Of a stretch of 64,000 bases of DNA, positions 1-9,179 are shown one piece after another. The translations under genes were made by a program, and so were the position numbers. Position 1 is the first letter of the stretch. The number at the start of each line of letters is the position of its first letter. Below the pieces are notes generated by a model. That model ran no database searches. It worked only from the letters and a program-made list of their open reading frames with translations, and had not been told where the DNA came from. This DNA is from a virus (lineage: Duplodnaviria; Caudoviricetes), in the IMG/VR virus record IMGVR_UViG_3300035208_005974, positions 1 through 64,000 of that record, one strand, 5' to 3'.

Positions 1-1
1 A

Positions 2-226
2 ACCTGGAAAGACGTTCAAGGCCTATCAAAAGAATTTGAAATAATGGTAAATGATACTGGATCTGAATACGATCGATCCTTAAAAGAACCGACTCAAGTA
101 GCTTCTGGTACCATCGTAACGTACCACAGATGCCTACTAAAAAGCGATTCCATGAACATTGGAGACGTTGGTTCAACAGTATCAACAAGATATAGTTTTT
201 CTGCCTTTAGCAGAGATCCAGCATAA
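2..226 (+). CDS. Tail tube protein, C-terminal part (runs in from the window edge)
   Basis: Frame is open from base 2 (TWKDVQGLSKEFEIMVND...YSFSAFSRDPA). Beta-rich tube-like C-terminus, directly upstream of chaperone and tape measure genes. Confidence 0.65.
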   Translation, partial: TWKDVQGLSKEFEIMVNDTGSEYDRSLKEPTQVASGTIVTYHRCLLKSDSMNIGDVGSTVSTRYSFSAFSRDPA

Positions 227-267
227 ATCAAACAACACAAATATAAAAAAGCAAGGAAAGAACACAC

Positions 268-657
268 ATGATAACAAAAGATTTAATTTTAGAAGGCACT
301 AAATTCCGGAAAAAAGTAAAAGTTTCAGTATATGATGAAGAAATAGAAGTACGCCCACTAACCGATGTTGAAATTGCTAAAATATTCAAAACAGTTGAAG
401 ACTCCGGTTATGATACTTCAGATCCCAAAGTATCTGATAACTTTATTTTGCAGGTAGAAGCTTGCCGTTACGGTATCGTTGATAAATCCCTACATGAGAT
501 CGCTAACCCAGAAGATCTAGTTGAAGACCAAAAAGAGGTTTTCGAACTCATGATAGGTAATGCCCTCATTGAAATTGGTCAAGCCATCATTTCTATATCC
601 ACAGTCGGCAACGAGGAACTGACCGATTTTTTCAGACAGCTGAAGGCCAGCGTCTAA
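268..657 (+). CDS. Tail assembly chaperone (gpG-like)
   Basis: Acidic 129-aa ORF between tube and tape measure. EIEVRPLT motif; slippery T-TTT-TTC at 627-633 near the 3' end. Confidence 0.8.
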   Translation: MITKDLILEGTKFRKKVKVSVYDEEIEVRPLTDVEIAKIFKTVEDSGYDTSDPKVSDNFILQVEACRYGIVDKSLHEIANPEDLVEDQKEVFELMIGNALIEIGQAIISISTVGNEELTDFFRQLKASV

Positions 658-908
658 CTTTTTTACATCATTCTGGTTACAAATTAACAAACGTTCCTAT
701 TCACAAACTAACCAGAATTCAGATAGACGCAATTTGTAAAATGCAAGAAATAATAGATCTAGCTAAAGCCGGTAAATCTCAAAACCGCAAAATGACCCAC
801 CGAGAATTCGTTAACGCAATGAAAGGCAAACGCGACAAAGCCAGCTATGACAAATGTACCGAAACTCAGAAAAGCCGTTGGTTAAGCATTGTGAACAAAA
901 ACAAATAG
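630..908 (+). CDS. -1 frameshift extension of the chaperone (gpGT-like)
   Basis: The -1 frame is open from the slippery heptamer to TAG 906-908 (FQTAEGQRLTFLHHSGYKL...WLSIVNKNK) and fills the gap before the tape measure gene. Confidence 0.75.
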   Translation, partial: FQTAEGQRLTFLHHSGYKLTNVPIHKLTRIQIDAICKMQEIIDLAKAGKSQNRKMTHREFVNAMKGKRDKASYDKCTETQKSRWLSIVNKNK

Positions 909-922
909 GTAGATATTAAATT

Positions 923-3900
923 ATGCTAGACAATTTTGCCAGATCCGTTCAAATTCTAATAACACTATCCGGAAACATCGAAGAACAATTAAAAAATGTT
1001 TCAGTATTACTAGATAATCTAGCCAACAAAAAAATTGTTATAAATATTGAATCAATAAATAACCTAACTGGATCTGCTGACAATGCTGCAAAATCTATAA
1101 ATAAAATTTCAGATAATGCAAAATCTACCGAAAAACACACAACTTCTAGTTTTGATAATATTAAAAAATCTATAGATAACGTAAATGATGGCATTGGAAA
1201 TTTGGTGAATTCACTTGCTGGCATTGCTATTGGTGGATCAATTTCTGGTCTTGCATGGTTGCAAAGTGCTGAAGCCAAACTATACAATGAACAAATTGAG
1301 CGAGCGATAACCAACAACAAAAAACTTGGATTCACGTATGATGACCTAAAAAAGAAAGTTGAAGAACAAGTGGAAGCTGGTGAAGGTACCCGCCAGGACA
1401 CCGAAAAAGAATTTTATGCTATCATAATGTCTGCGAACAAATATATTGGAAAAGGTCCAAAAGCATTAGACGCCGCAGATGCAATTAGTGATTTTTATTT
1501 CAGACAGCAAGAAGCAATGGATGCACAAGGAATTGGCAGCCCTGAACAAATGATAATGCGTTTAACACAAACAGAAGGAAAATTATCTGACAAAGTTATA
1601 CAACGATATGCACTTGCTATGGGTATTGATCCTAACGATAAAAGACTAAGAAGTGCTAAATCTAGGGTAAAGTACATAATAGAACAAGGTACTCCCGAGG
1701 AAGAAGGCGGGTTCACGAATATGAAAAAAGAACTCGAAAAACGTCCGTGGGAACAAGCAAAGGTTGCACTTGATCGTCTAAAAACAGACATAGGTGATAG
1801 CCTTGCAGTACCTCTTGCAAATCTAACGTCGCTTTTTGCTGGACTTGTTGATACGATTCGAAAAATTCCTGGAGGTTCTGCCCTAATCGGTTGGTCAGCA
1901 ATGCTTTTGACCGCCGTATCTGTACTTGGATTATTAAACAGTGTTCTTACGCCAGGTATCAAACTTTTACAAGAAATGGTCTTATTAACAAATGCAAGCA
2001 CTCTTGCAAAATCACGTGAAATCTTAGTATCTAAAGCTCTTATTGTTACAGATTGGCTAGGTCTTACATCAAAAGCGGCTCGTACTAATGCTATTATAGC
2101 TGAAACAATCGCAACTGCCGCAGCTGCGAATGCTACTGCACTCAACACAGGTGCAATTGGAATGGAATCAGTAGCACTAGAAATTGATGCCGTTGCTAAT
2201 TTAAATACAACCGGCGCAATTTTTGGAACAACCGCAGCAAGAACTGCTGCAATAGGTCCAACGATGGGATTAACTGGAGCAACTACTAGTCTAGCCGCAG
2301 CTGAATGGGCGGCGCTTAGCCCGCTATTGCTTTTAGCATTACCACTGATCGCGGTCGCGGGACTATTGTATCTTGCGGAGACCAGGACCCATGTCTTCAG
2401 CAACGCGCTGGACAAGCTTTCTAAAACTGAAATGAGCAAGGACCTCATACAATGGTTGGAAGATGTAGGCTATTGGGCAGGTTATGCGGTAGATCGTCTT
2501 GGTAGTGTAATAGAATCAGATCTTTTTAGCAAAATAGAAAACCTAAACTCCGTATACACCAATGTTAAATCTGGTAACATTTCTGGACTATTAGGATTAG
2601 GCAATGAAACATCATCTGAAAACAATAATGTAACACAACCAACTATAACAAGTCAATTATTGGGTTCTGTTGCCGAATTTCCTGGCACAAATCTCCTTAC
2701 AATGACTAAAATCGTGACACCACTTTCCTTAATGCAAAATCACCTAGAATTCATTGTAAATGTTTTGTCTTGGTTCAAAAACTTCTTTTCTGGTGGAAAT
2801 CCCCTTACTAACATTTACAACGCTATTATACGATTGCCAGCAAACATATATAAGTCAGTTTCTGAATGGGTTTCTAAACAAATCGAAAAAGTAACAACCA
2901 AATTTTCGGAAATAACAAAATTCTTTGGTGACATAAATACCGGACTGAGTACCAAATTTGGTGAAATTACTTCTGATATTTCCACAAAATACAATGAAAT
3001 TACCACAAGTGTTTCTAACTGGTTTAGTGAAATCACGTCTGGTATCACAACTAAATTTGATGAAATTCGTACATCCGTTTCTGATAAGTTCGAAGAAATA
3101 ATAACAACAATCACAACAAAAATAACAGATATCATTTCAACTATAACTACAAAGTTCGAAGGCATAACCACCACCATAACCACTAAATTCAACGATATTA
3201 TTACTAGCATAAAAAATATGCTACCAAGTTGGATGGGTGGAGGAACATCAGAACCATTGGGCGAACAGGAAGCTATTAACATTGTTAAAGAAATGAAATT
3301 CGATGATGGTTCAAGTAAATTTAATTTCAGTGATGAAACATATCACGCTGCTTATACTGAAGCAACAACTGGAACACCACAAGAACATCCTAACTTGGCT
3401 GATCCTGAAAAATATGATAAACTTGTGGATAAAATAGCAGACGTAATCAGAAATCCTTTATTATATAAAAACACTAGTTATGATACCAGTAATAGTAATT
3501 TATCTCCTCATGAAACAGAAATCAATCGACATGAAGGCGACATCGATTACGAAGCTTCCAAACAAAAAGGTATTACAGCAGGATATATTTTACCAGAAGG
3601 ATCCAAAAATACTGGTCCACAAATAGATCTTGCAAGCATTGTCCCTGAAACCAACAAAGAACAAGGATGGACAGAACGCGCTTTAAACATGATTGGTTTT
3701 GCTGATGGTGGTTTTGTACAAAAAACAGGATTTGCTTTAGTCCATGAAGGCGAACCTATTATCCCAGCAGACGTAGCGAATTCTTCGAGGCTGCAAAATA
3801 TTCTTGAAGGCATTGCATACGGTGGTTCTTCCTCAAACACATACGGTGACATAAACGTTCGAATAAATTATACACCTCCGTCATCATCTACTTCTTCCAA

Positions 3901-3985
3901 CATGATTGTTATGGACCGCACATCTTTCGAACATATGGTTTCCGACATTATTGCAAAACGCTTACGACAACTTAATGGTTATTAA
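923..3985 (+). CDS. Tail tape measure protein
   Basis: 1020 aa, helical, Ala-rich and hydrophobic segments, 11-residue repeats, C-terminal FADGGFV...VHEGEPIIP motif, canonical position. Confidence 0.9.
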   Translation: MLDNFARSVQILITLSGNIEEQLKNVSVLLDNLANKKIVINIESINNLTGSADNAAKSINKISDNAKSTEKHTTSSFDNIKKSIDNVNDGIGNLVNSLAGIAIGGSISGLAWLQSAEAKLYNEQIERAITNNKKLGFTYDDLKKKVEEQVEAGEGTRQDTEKEFYAIIMSANKYIGKGPKALDAADAISDFYFRQQEAMDAQGIGSPEQMIMRLTQTEGKLSDKVIQRYALAMGIDPNDKRLRSAKSRVKYIIEQGTPEEEGGFTNMKKELEKRPWEQAKVALDRLKTDIGDSLAVPLANLTSLFAGLVDTIRKIPGGSALIGWSAMLLTAVSVLGLLNSVLTPGIKLLQEMVLLTNASTLAKSREILVSKALIVTDWLGLTSKAARTNAIIAETIATAAAANATALNTGAIGMESVALEIDAVANLNTTGAIFGTTAARTAAIGPTMGLTGATTSLAAAEWAALSPLLLLALPLIAVAGLLYLAETRTHVFSNALDKLSKTEMSKDLIQWLEDVGYWAGYAVDRLGSVIESDLFSKIENLNSVYTNVKSGNISGLLGLGNETSSENNNVTQPTITSQLLGSVAEFPGTNLLTMTKIVTPLSLMQNHLEFIVNVLSWFKNFFSGGNPLTNIYNAIIRLPANIYKSVSEWVSKQIEKVTTKFSEITKFFGDINTGLSTKFGEITSDISTKYNEITTSVSNWFSEITSGITTKFDEIRTSVSDKFEEIITTITTKITDIISTITTKFEGITTTITTKFNDIITSIKNMLPSWMGGGTSEPLGEQEAINIVKEMKFDDGSSKFNFSDETYHAAYTEATTGTPQEHPNLADPEKYDKLVDKIADVIRNPLLYKNTSYDTSNSNLSPHETEINRHEGDIDYEASKQKGITAGYILPEGSKNTGPQIDLASIVPETNKEQGWTERALNMIGFADGGFVQKTGFALVHEGEPIIPADVANSSRLQNILEGIAYGGSSSNTYGDINVRINYTPPSSSTSSNMIVMDRTSFEHMVSDIIAKRLRQLNGY
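2951..3215 (+). repeat. 33-nt / 11-aa tandem repeats in the tape measure gene
   Basis: TKFGEITSDIS TKYNEITTSVS NWFSEITSGIT TKFDEIRTSVS DKFEEIITTIT TKITDIISTIT TKFEGITTTIT TKFNDIITSIK. Confidence 0.85.
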
Positions 3986-4003
3986 AGTTAGAAAGGTAAA
4001 ATT

Positions 4004-4432
4004 ATGGTAGACACAGCACAACGTTCAACATCAGCATTCCCAGTAAAGATTGGCAATTTCGAAATGAACATACCGTCCGGTCCTTATCCCAATGAATACA
4101 ACGAAGATAGTGGACTTGGCCAGCCGAATCCTACAAGAATTTCATGGTCCAAAACATACGATGTTGCAATTCATAAAATTCCAAGTCCTGCTTGGAAAAC
4201 AATGCAAACTTCCAGAAAAACTTTATGGAACCTTGACATCGATTTCACAATTCTCGACAAAGACAAAATGAGTGAAATTATATTCATAGTAAATCAAAAC
4301 GAACCAGTATACATAAGAACTTATTTTCAAGACATGTGGATGTACATACAATCATTTTCCGCTAACGCAGAAGCCGGATACGTGGACTCTCGTTGGTTAT
4401 GCACAATAAAACTTATCGAAGTAAATGACTGA
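4004..4432 (+). CDS. Putative tail tube initiator / baseplate protein
   Basis: Position after the tape measure gene; C-terminal ..CTIKLIEV pattern typical of tube-fold initiators. Confidence 0.5.
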   Translation: MVDTAQRSTSAFPVKIGNFEMNIPSGPYPNEYNEDSGLGQPNPTRISWSKTYDVAIHKIPSPAWKTMQTSRKTLWNLDIDFTILDKDKMSEIIFIVNQNEPVYIRTYFQDMWMYIQSFSANAEAGYVDSRWLCTIKLIEVND

Positions 4433-4444
4433 GTTGATGTTTGA

Positions 4445-5869
4445 ATGCCTATTCGAAATATAACTTTTATTGGTGGACTTGATGTATCTGACGACGTCAT
4501 AAGTATTAACACCCAACATGTTTCCAGTGAAGCCGAAGCAGTAGAACCTTCCACGTGTCAGGTCGTCCTAAACAATCATAACTTGGTTTATGGTCACGCA
4601 ATTGTATCTGGTGAATTTACGCCTGGCATAACAAGGATACAATCCACCATAAAAATAAACCGAAATGAAGCAATTGGTCCGTTGCTATCCAGATATGAAG
4701 ATTCATATTTATTGTTTGTAGGTGTTGTAAACGATGCTGCCTACACCAATGAAACCGCTACCATAGATTGCATTTGTGAATCCGGATTTGGTGCAGGATC
4801 AATGCTAGACTACACCTGGTCTGCCGACACTTTCGTTAGCCAAAAAGCAAATGATTGGGTTGAAACTCTAGATGAAACAGTACCCGCCGCAAATATATAT
4901 ATCGTTGATAGAATTTCAGATAAGGACAAAATAAAAAAATCACAATTCACACCATCTAAATTATCTTTCAATGAAGCACTTCGTGCAATTACATCGGGCG
5001 CTTCCAAAGACTATTATTTCATGACAGACGAACAACTAATACCAGGAGTTGTACTAGCAGACGAAGAAACTTATTATGAAATCGTTGAACTTGATCCTTT
5101 TGTACTAGAACCAGGTGACGCCACATCACTAGTAGGCTACGCCAATGAAGTTACTGTTATTCCAGAAAATATTACTAACATTTATGTTCAAGCCAATGTC
5201 CCAGACGCAGAAAAAGAAAAAATATATGGCTGGGATAATGATGAATACAACATTGCAAAATATGGTAGAATAGTGGCACCTATTGTATACGACCCTGGAA
5301 TCTATACCAAGGAAGATGCAGATGCACGAGCAGAAGCACTAGTAAATTGGTATGAAACGTTCATCGACCGTGGCATAAAAGTAACTGTTTGCAGTAAAAT
5401 ACCAAGAGTAAGATCTCGTGTTATTTTTAATGTTCCTGATGTAAAGGATGGTGTTGGAACCATACGAGTTATGGCTGGCGTTAACAAAAAGCGTGTAGAG
5501 TATTCCGCAAACGGTGTTATTACAGAATTAGAATGCAGATTACTGAAACGTGGTGCGGACCCAGAAGGACCTTCCGAAGATGAACCAGAATTTGTGGAAG
5601 TCAATACTGAAGTTCCGAGAGAATGGCAAGATTATATTATTGATTATTTTCTAGTAAATGGACCATATGGAATATTATTCAATAAAAAATATGTAACCTT
5701 TATGGTATACAAAAACGGCGATGTATTTTTCGCAAATGCTGCAGCACCAAAAAATATATATCCATTAGATCAGGCCCCCGAAGCCGTTAAAAATATGTTT
5801 TACGAAATAGAAAATGACCTTCTTGATAAAGCCGCATATCAATGGGGCTCAGAATTCAGGCAACAATAA
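4445..5869 (+). CDS. Putative baseplate hub protein
   Basis: Size and position between initiator and spike; LFVGVV, DADARAEAL and VEYSANGVITELE patterns of hub proteins. Confidence 0.6.
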   Translation: MPIRNITFIGGLDVSDDVISINTQHVSSEAEAVEPSTCQVVLNNHNLVYGHAIVSGEFTPGITRIQSTIKINRNEAIGPLLSRYEDSYLLFVGVVNDAAYTNETATIDCICESGFGAGSMLDYTWSADTFVSQKANDWVETLDETVPAANIYIVDRISDKDKIKKSQFTPSKLSFNEALRAITSGASKDYYFMTDEQLIPGVVLADEETYYEIVELDPFVLEPGDATSLVGYANEVTVIPENITNIYVQANVPDAEKEKIYGWDNDEYNIAKYGRIVAPIVYDPGIYTKEDADARAEALVNWYETFIDRGIKVTVCSKIPRVRSRVIFNVPDVKDGVGTIRVMAGVNKKRVEYSANGVITELECRLLKRGADPEGPSEDEPEFVEVNTEVPREWQDYIIDYFLVNGPYGILFNKKYVTFMVYKNGDVFFANAAAPKNIYPLDQAPEAVKNMFYEIENDLLDKAAYQWGSEFRQQ

Positions 5870-5898
5870 AACAAATCTAACATAAAGCTAGGTAAATC

Positions 5899-6348
5899 AT
5901 GACCGAATATAGATACGTTGCAAAAGGAAGTGTGCTAGATGGTATATCAATATACCGTGTAGACAAAAACAAAAACTATGCCATATCAACAGATCTACAT
6001 GAAACGTATACGCCACTAATCGATTCATCGGAAATTGATGAACGCGTATTAGAATTGTTGGACGACGCATACGAAAGAAAGTGGGGAGAAAAAACTGAAA
6101 TTCCCGAAAGACCTATAATAACAAAAAATGATGACGATACCGGCATAACAAAAGAAGAATTTCTTGAGAATGTTCTCCGGATATTTGGTCCTTCTGTTGA
6201 ATACAACGAATCGGAAGGTCGTTTATATTCCATACGTTTTGCTGGAAATGGTGAGAAAAAATTAGTTCCTTTTGACTTACTGGTTTTACGAAGATTAGCT
6301 AAGAAGTTACGCTACTTTGGCAGTCTTTACGAGGTATCAAAATGGTAG
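5899..6348 (+). CDS. Hypothetical protein in the tail module
   Basis: Clean ORF, translationally coupled to the spike gene. Confidence 0.6.
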   Translation: MTEYRYVAKGSVLDGISIYRVDKNKNYAISTDLHETYTPLIDSSEIDERVLELLDDAYERKWGEKTEIPERPIITKNDDDTGITKEEFLENVLRIFGPSVEYNESEGRLYSIRFAGNGEKKLVPFDLLVLRRLAKKLRYFGSLYEVSKW

Positions 6349-8696
6349 GCTCTCCACTTGCAGCATTTACAAATTCCACGGAACGTCTAATTGCACGCAA
6401 AAGTTACATAGATTATTGTGTGATCCTGGATATCGACAAAGATGGCACAGACGCCGTAAAATGTCATAGCCCTGATCATCCCGAATATTATAACACTGTA
6501 TCAATAAAAATAAGAAGCACTAAAAAAAATAGCACTAATCCTAATGTACTTCAACACGTCAACGCATTAATTCTTCAACGATACCTTGGAAATTGTTTTG
6601 GCGAACCATACAATCCGAGGGTTGGCGATCTAGTTGCCGTTCTTTTCATGTACAATGAAAAACCACTAATACTAGGTCCAATTGCCAGTATTCAACAACC
6701 TCCTGTAATGCGGGCACCAACATCAGAAGACGCAAAATACGATCACGTAAATAAGTGGTGCCAGTGGCTAAAACCAAAAAAAGACAAGAACTACGATTTT
6801 TTTGACCACCCACAAGGCAAGATGCCAGTTTGTTTTAAACGGTTTCATGGTCCAGTTACCGACGATGATAAAGTTGGTATTGGCCGCGACGAAATGACTG
6901 TATGGGATTGTCAAAAGGGCGACGCTGATCCAACATGTTCTGATTGTTGTAATGTGGATTCTGTGCCACGCTCAGGCGAACAATGGCATAAAATTTATTC
7001 TACCCAAACCGAAAGCGAAGAAGCTTATAACAGCCGCATGGAACTACATGCAAGATGCGGCTCTTATTTCCGAGTAGAATCTGATAACACAAACGAAGCT
7101 AGTAGTTCCTCTTCTGAATATAGCGAAGAAATTGGACACATTCGCTTAGGAAATGCACTAACAGAAAGTGACAAAAGATTCCATTTGAATGTCCAAGGTA
7201 ATCGTTATGGCGATAGTGGCGTAGGCAGCTTCGACCTCCACACTAACCACGAAGAAGTCCAGATAGCCAGTGAATCCACGGGCGTGCGATTCGCAGCAAT
7301 AAGACCCGAAGATTCCCAGGTTACATGGGCCTACGAACTAATGAACTTTCCCACAACGTCATTTATTCGATGCTACAAAGATGGTATTATTGAAATAAAC
7401 AGTCTAGATGGAAATTCCTCAATAACTGTTGATGGAACTGCCAATAAAGTTACAGTAGACGGAACTGTAAACGTCGAACTTATAGCATCCTCGGAAGTCA
7501 CATGCACAACCCCCCTAACTCACGTAACCGGCAATATGCAAATAGATGGAACTTGCACCCACGGATCTTGCAGTTGTTCAGGTGCCTTTGCAACATCGGC
7601 GGGTACTAGTGGAGGACAAACTCTTTGTGGTGGTACTGGCGTCGATGAAGAACTCACACTAAAAGGCACCGCTGATGCATCAAAAGGTACTGTAAATGTC
7701 GATGCGGACTTACAATGTTCAGGAACGTCAATAATGCCATCTGTTTGCGGCAGCAATCAAGTGGACGGCGAACTTACCCTAAAAGGCACCTCTGATGAAT
7801 CCAACGGCACTGTAAACGTCAATGCTGACCTAGCATGTACTGGTAGTTGCCAATTACCTAGCGTTTGCGGTAGTGCCCAGGAAGATGGTGAACTAACACT
7901 TTCTGGTACTTCCGATGAATCCAAAGGCCAGGTAACAGTTGACGCTGATTTAGAATGTAACGGAGCCCTAGGAAGCACAATAAAATCATCGATAAAATCG
8001 TATTGTGATGGATTGTATTCTAGTTCTGGCAGTGGCGTTACTAATGGTGACTCCCACGACCATTCTGGAGGAGACGGTGCGCAAATAGATCATGGTGGAC
8101 TTAGTGGTCTCAGTGACGATGATCACACAATTTACCTTAATTTAGCAGGTCGTACTGGTCACCAGGCAATATCTGGTGTAACAACATTCGAACCTCCGAA
8201 CTTCGATACTTCTGAATTTGGCGACGACTTCTCAGACTGTATTGGAACATATGGATGTTTCGTTGGCTGGAATCGTAGCGCACAACACGGCGAAACAAAT
8301 TTTGTCAACCATAAAGGTGGCGGTTTAATTGGCGGATTTGGATTTTATGAATATAATCAAGTCACTGATGATATCGATATGCTAATGCATGTCAAAGGCG
8401 ACGGAGACGTTTACATAGTCGGAGATCTTACTGCCGATAGTTATGTGGACCACACACCAAGTTATGATGGCGACGCCATAATAGAACTAAAGCAAGTTAC
8501 TTCCATGAAGGGAAAAATTGATCACAATACATTACCACAATTCGCTAGAACAACCAAAATTGATTCCAAAACTGGCAAAGAAATAGAAGGCCGGAACATT
8601 GGCAACATGGTATCAATTTTGACCAAAGCCGTCCAGCAACTCACAGAAAAAATAGAAACATTAGAAAATAAAATAAATCAACTAGAAAATCCATAA
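6342..8696 (+). CDS. Central spike protein (gpV/gp5-like) with repeat extension and C-terminal chaperone-like domain
   Basis: OB-fold motif YNPRVGDLVAVLF..PLILG; beta-helix ITVDG/VTVDG repeats; His-rich SHDH..IDH..DDDH; C-terminal ILTKAVQQLTEKIETLE coiled coil. Confidence 0.65.
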   Translation: MVGSPLAAFTNSTERLIARKSYIDYCVILDIDKDGTDAVKCHSPDHPEYYNTVSIKIRSTKKNSTNPNVLQHVNALILQRYLGNCFGEPYNPRVGDLVAVLFMYNEKPLILGPIASIQQPPVMRAPTSEDAKYDHVNKWCQWLKPKKDKNYDFFDHPQGKMPVCFKRFHGPVTDDDKVGIGRDEMTVWDCQKGDADPTCSDCCNVDSVPRSGEQWHKIYSTQTESEEAYNSRMELHARCGSYFRVESDNTNEASSSSSEYSEEIGHIRLGNALTESDKRFHLNVQGNRYGDSGVGSFDLHTNHEEVQIASESTGVRFAAIRPEDSQVTWAYELMNFPTTSFIRCYKDGIIEINSLDGNSSITVDGTANKVTVDGTVNVELIASSEVTCTTPLTHVTGNMQIDGTCTHGSCSCSGAFATSAGTSGGQTLCGGTGVDEELTLKGTADASKGTVNVDADLQCSGTSIMPSVCGSNQVDGELTLKGTSDESNGTVNVNADLACTGSCQLPSVCGSAQEDGELTLSGTSDESKGQVTVDADLECNGALGSTIKSSIKSYCDGLYSSSGSGVTNGDSHDHSGGDGAQIDHGGLSGLSDDDHTIYLNLAGRTGHQAISGVTTFEPPNFDTSEFGDDFSDCIGTYGCFVGWNRSAQHGETNFVNHKGGGLIGGFGFYEYNQVTDDIDMLMHVKGDGDVYIVGDLTADSYVDHTPSYDGDAIIELKQVTSMKGKIDHNTLPQFARTTKIDSKTGKEIEGRNIGNMVSILTKAVQQLTEKIETLENKINQLENP
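7623..7965 (+). repeat. Three 120-nt (40-aa) Cys-containing repeats in the spike gene
   Basis: xCGxxxxDxELTLxGTxDxSxGxVxVxADLxCxG units start at 7623, 7743 and 7863. Confidence 0.9.
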
Positions 8697-8715
8697 TTTT
8701 TTAAGACGTGATTCA

Positions 8716-9171
8716 ATGACAATAATGTGGGACGTAAGAACTAACCTTGACATATCGCCAGGCTTCTGCCAATGTCACACCGCACTTGACATTCAATTAA
8801 CAGCTACTGGAGACCTTGCAATAATTTCCGGAACAGAAGAAATACAACAACGCTTTTTGCTATATTTGGCAACTCCCAAAGGCGAACGTTTCGATCCAAA
8901 AATCGGGTGTTTTGCCCACGACTACCTCCACGAAAAAAACACAAAAAGCAATATGCGCATGATGGAACAAGACATTCTTGGCGACATGTCATATCAATTC
9001 CCTGAAGTTACTGTAAAATCAGTTTCTTGCATAAAAGACGAAAGCGATCCGTCTAAAATGAGGCTAGACGTTAGAATAGCAGGTAGTGATACCCTAAAAT
9101 TCTTGTATACCCCCCAAGAACTCGTAACTCTCACAAAAGAACTTAGCGAACTAAGCCAAATCACATATTGA
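8716..9171 (+). CDS. Baseplate wedge protein (gp25/gpW-like)
   Basis: GDLAIISGTEEIQQR..LATPKGERF.P.IG motif, immediately before baseplate J. Confidence 0.8.
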   Translation: MTIMWDVRTNLDISPGFCQCHTALDIQLTATGDLAIISGTEEIQQRFLLYLATPKGERFDPKIGCFAHDYLHEKNTKSNMRMMEQDILGDMSYQFPEVTVKSVSCIKDESDPSKMRLDVRIAGSDTLKFLYTPQELVTLTKELSELSQITY

Positions 9172-9179
9172 GGCAAATC

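Noticed and set aside
949-3852. Long minus-strand ORFs opposite the tape measure gene (e.g. 1495-2448, 317 aa)
   Set aside because: Shadow frames of a gene with biased codons; no RBS, promoter or recognisable motif.
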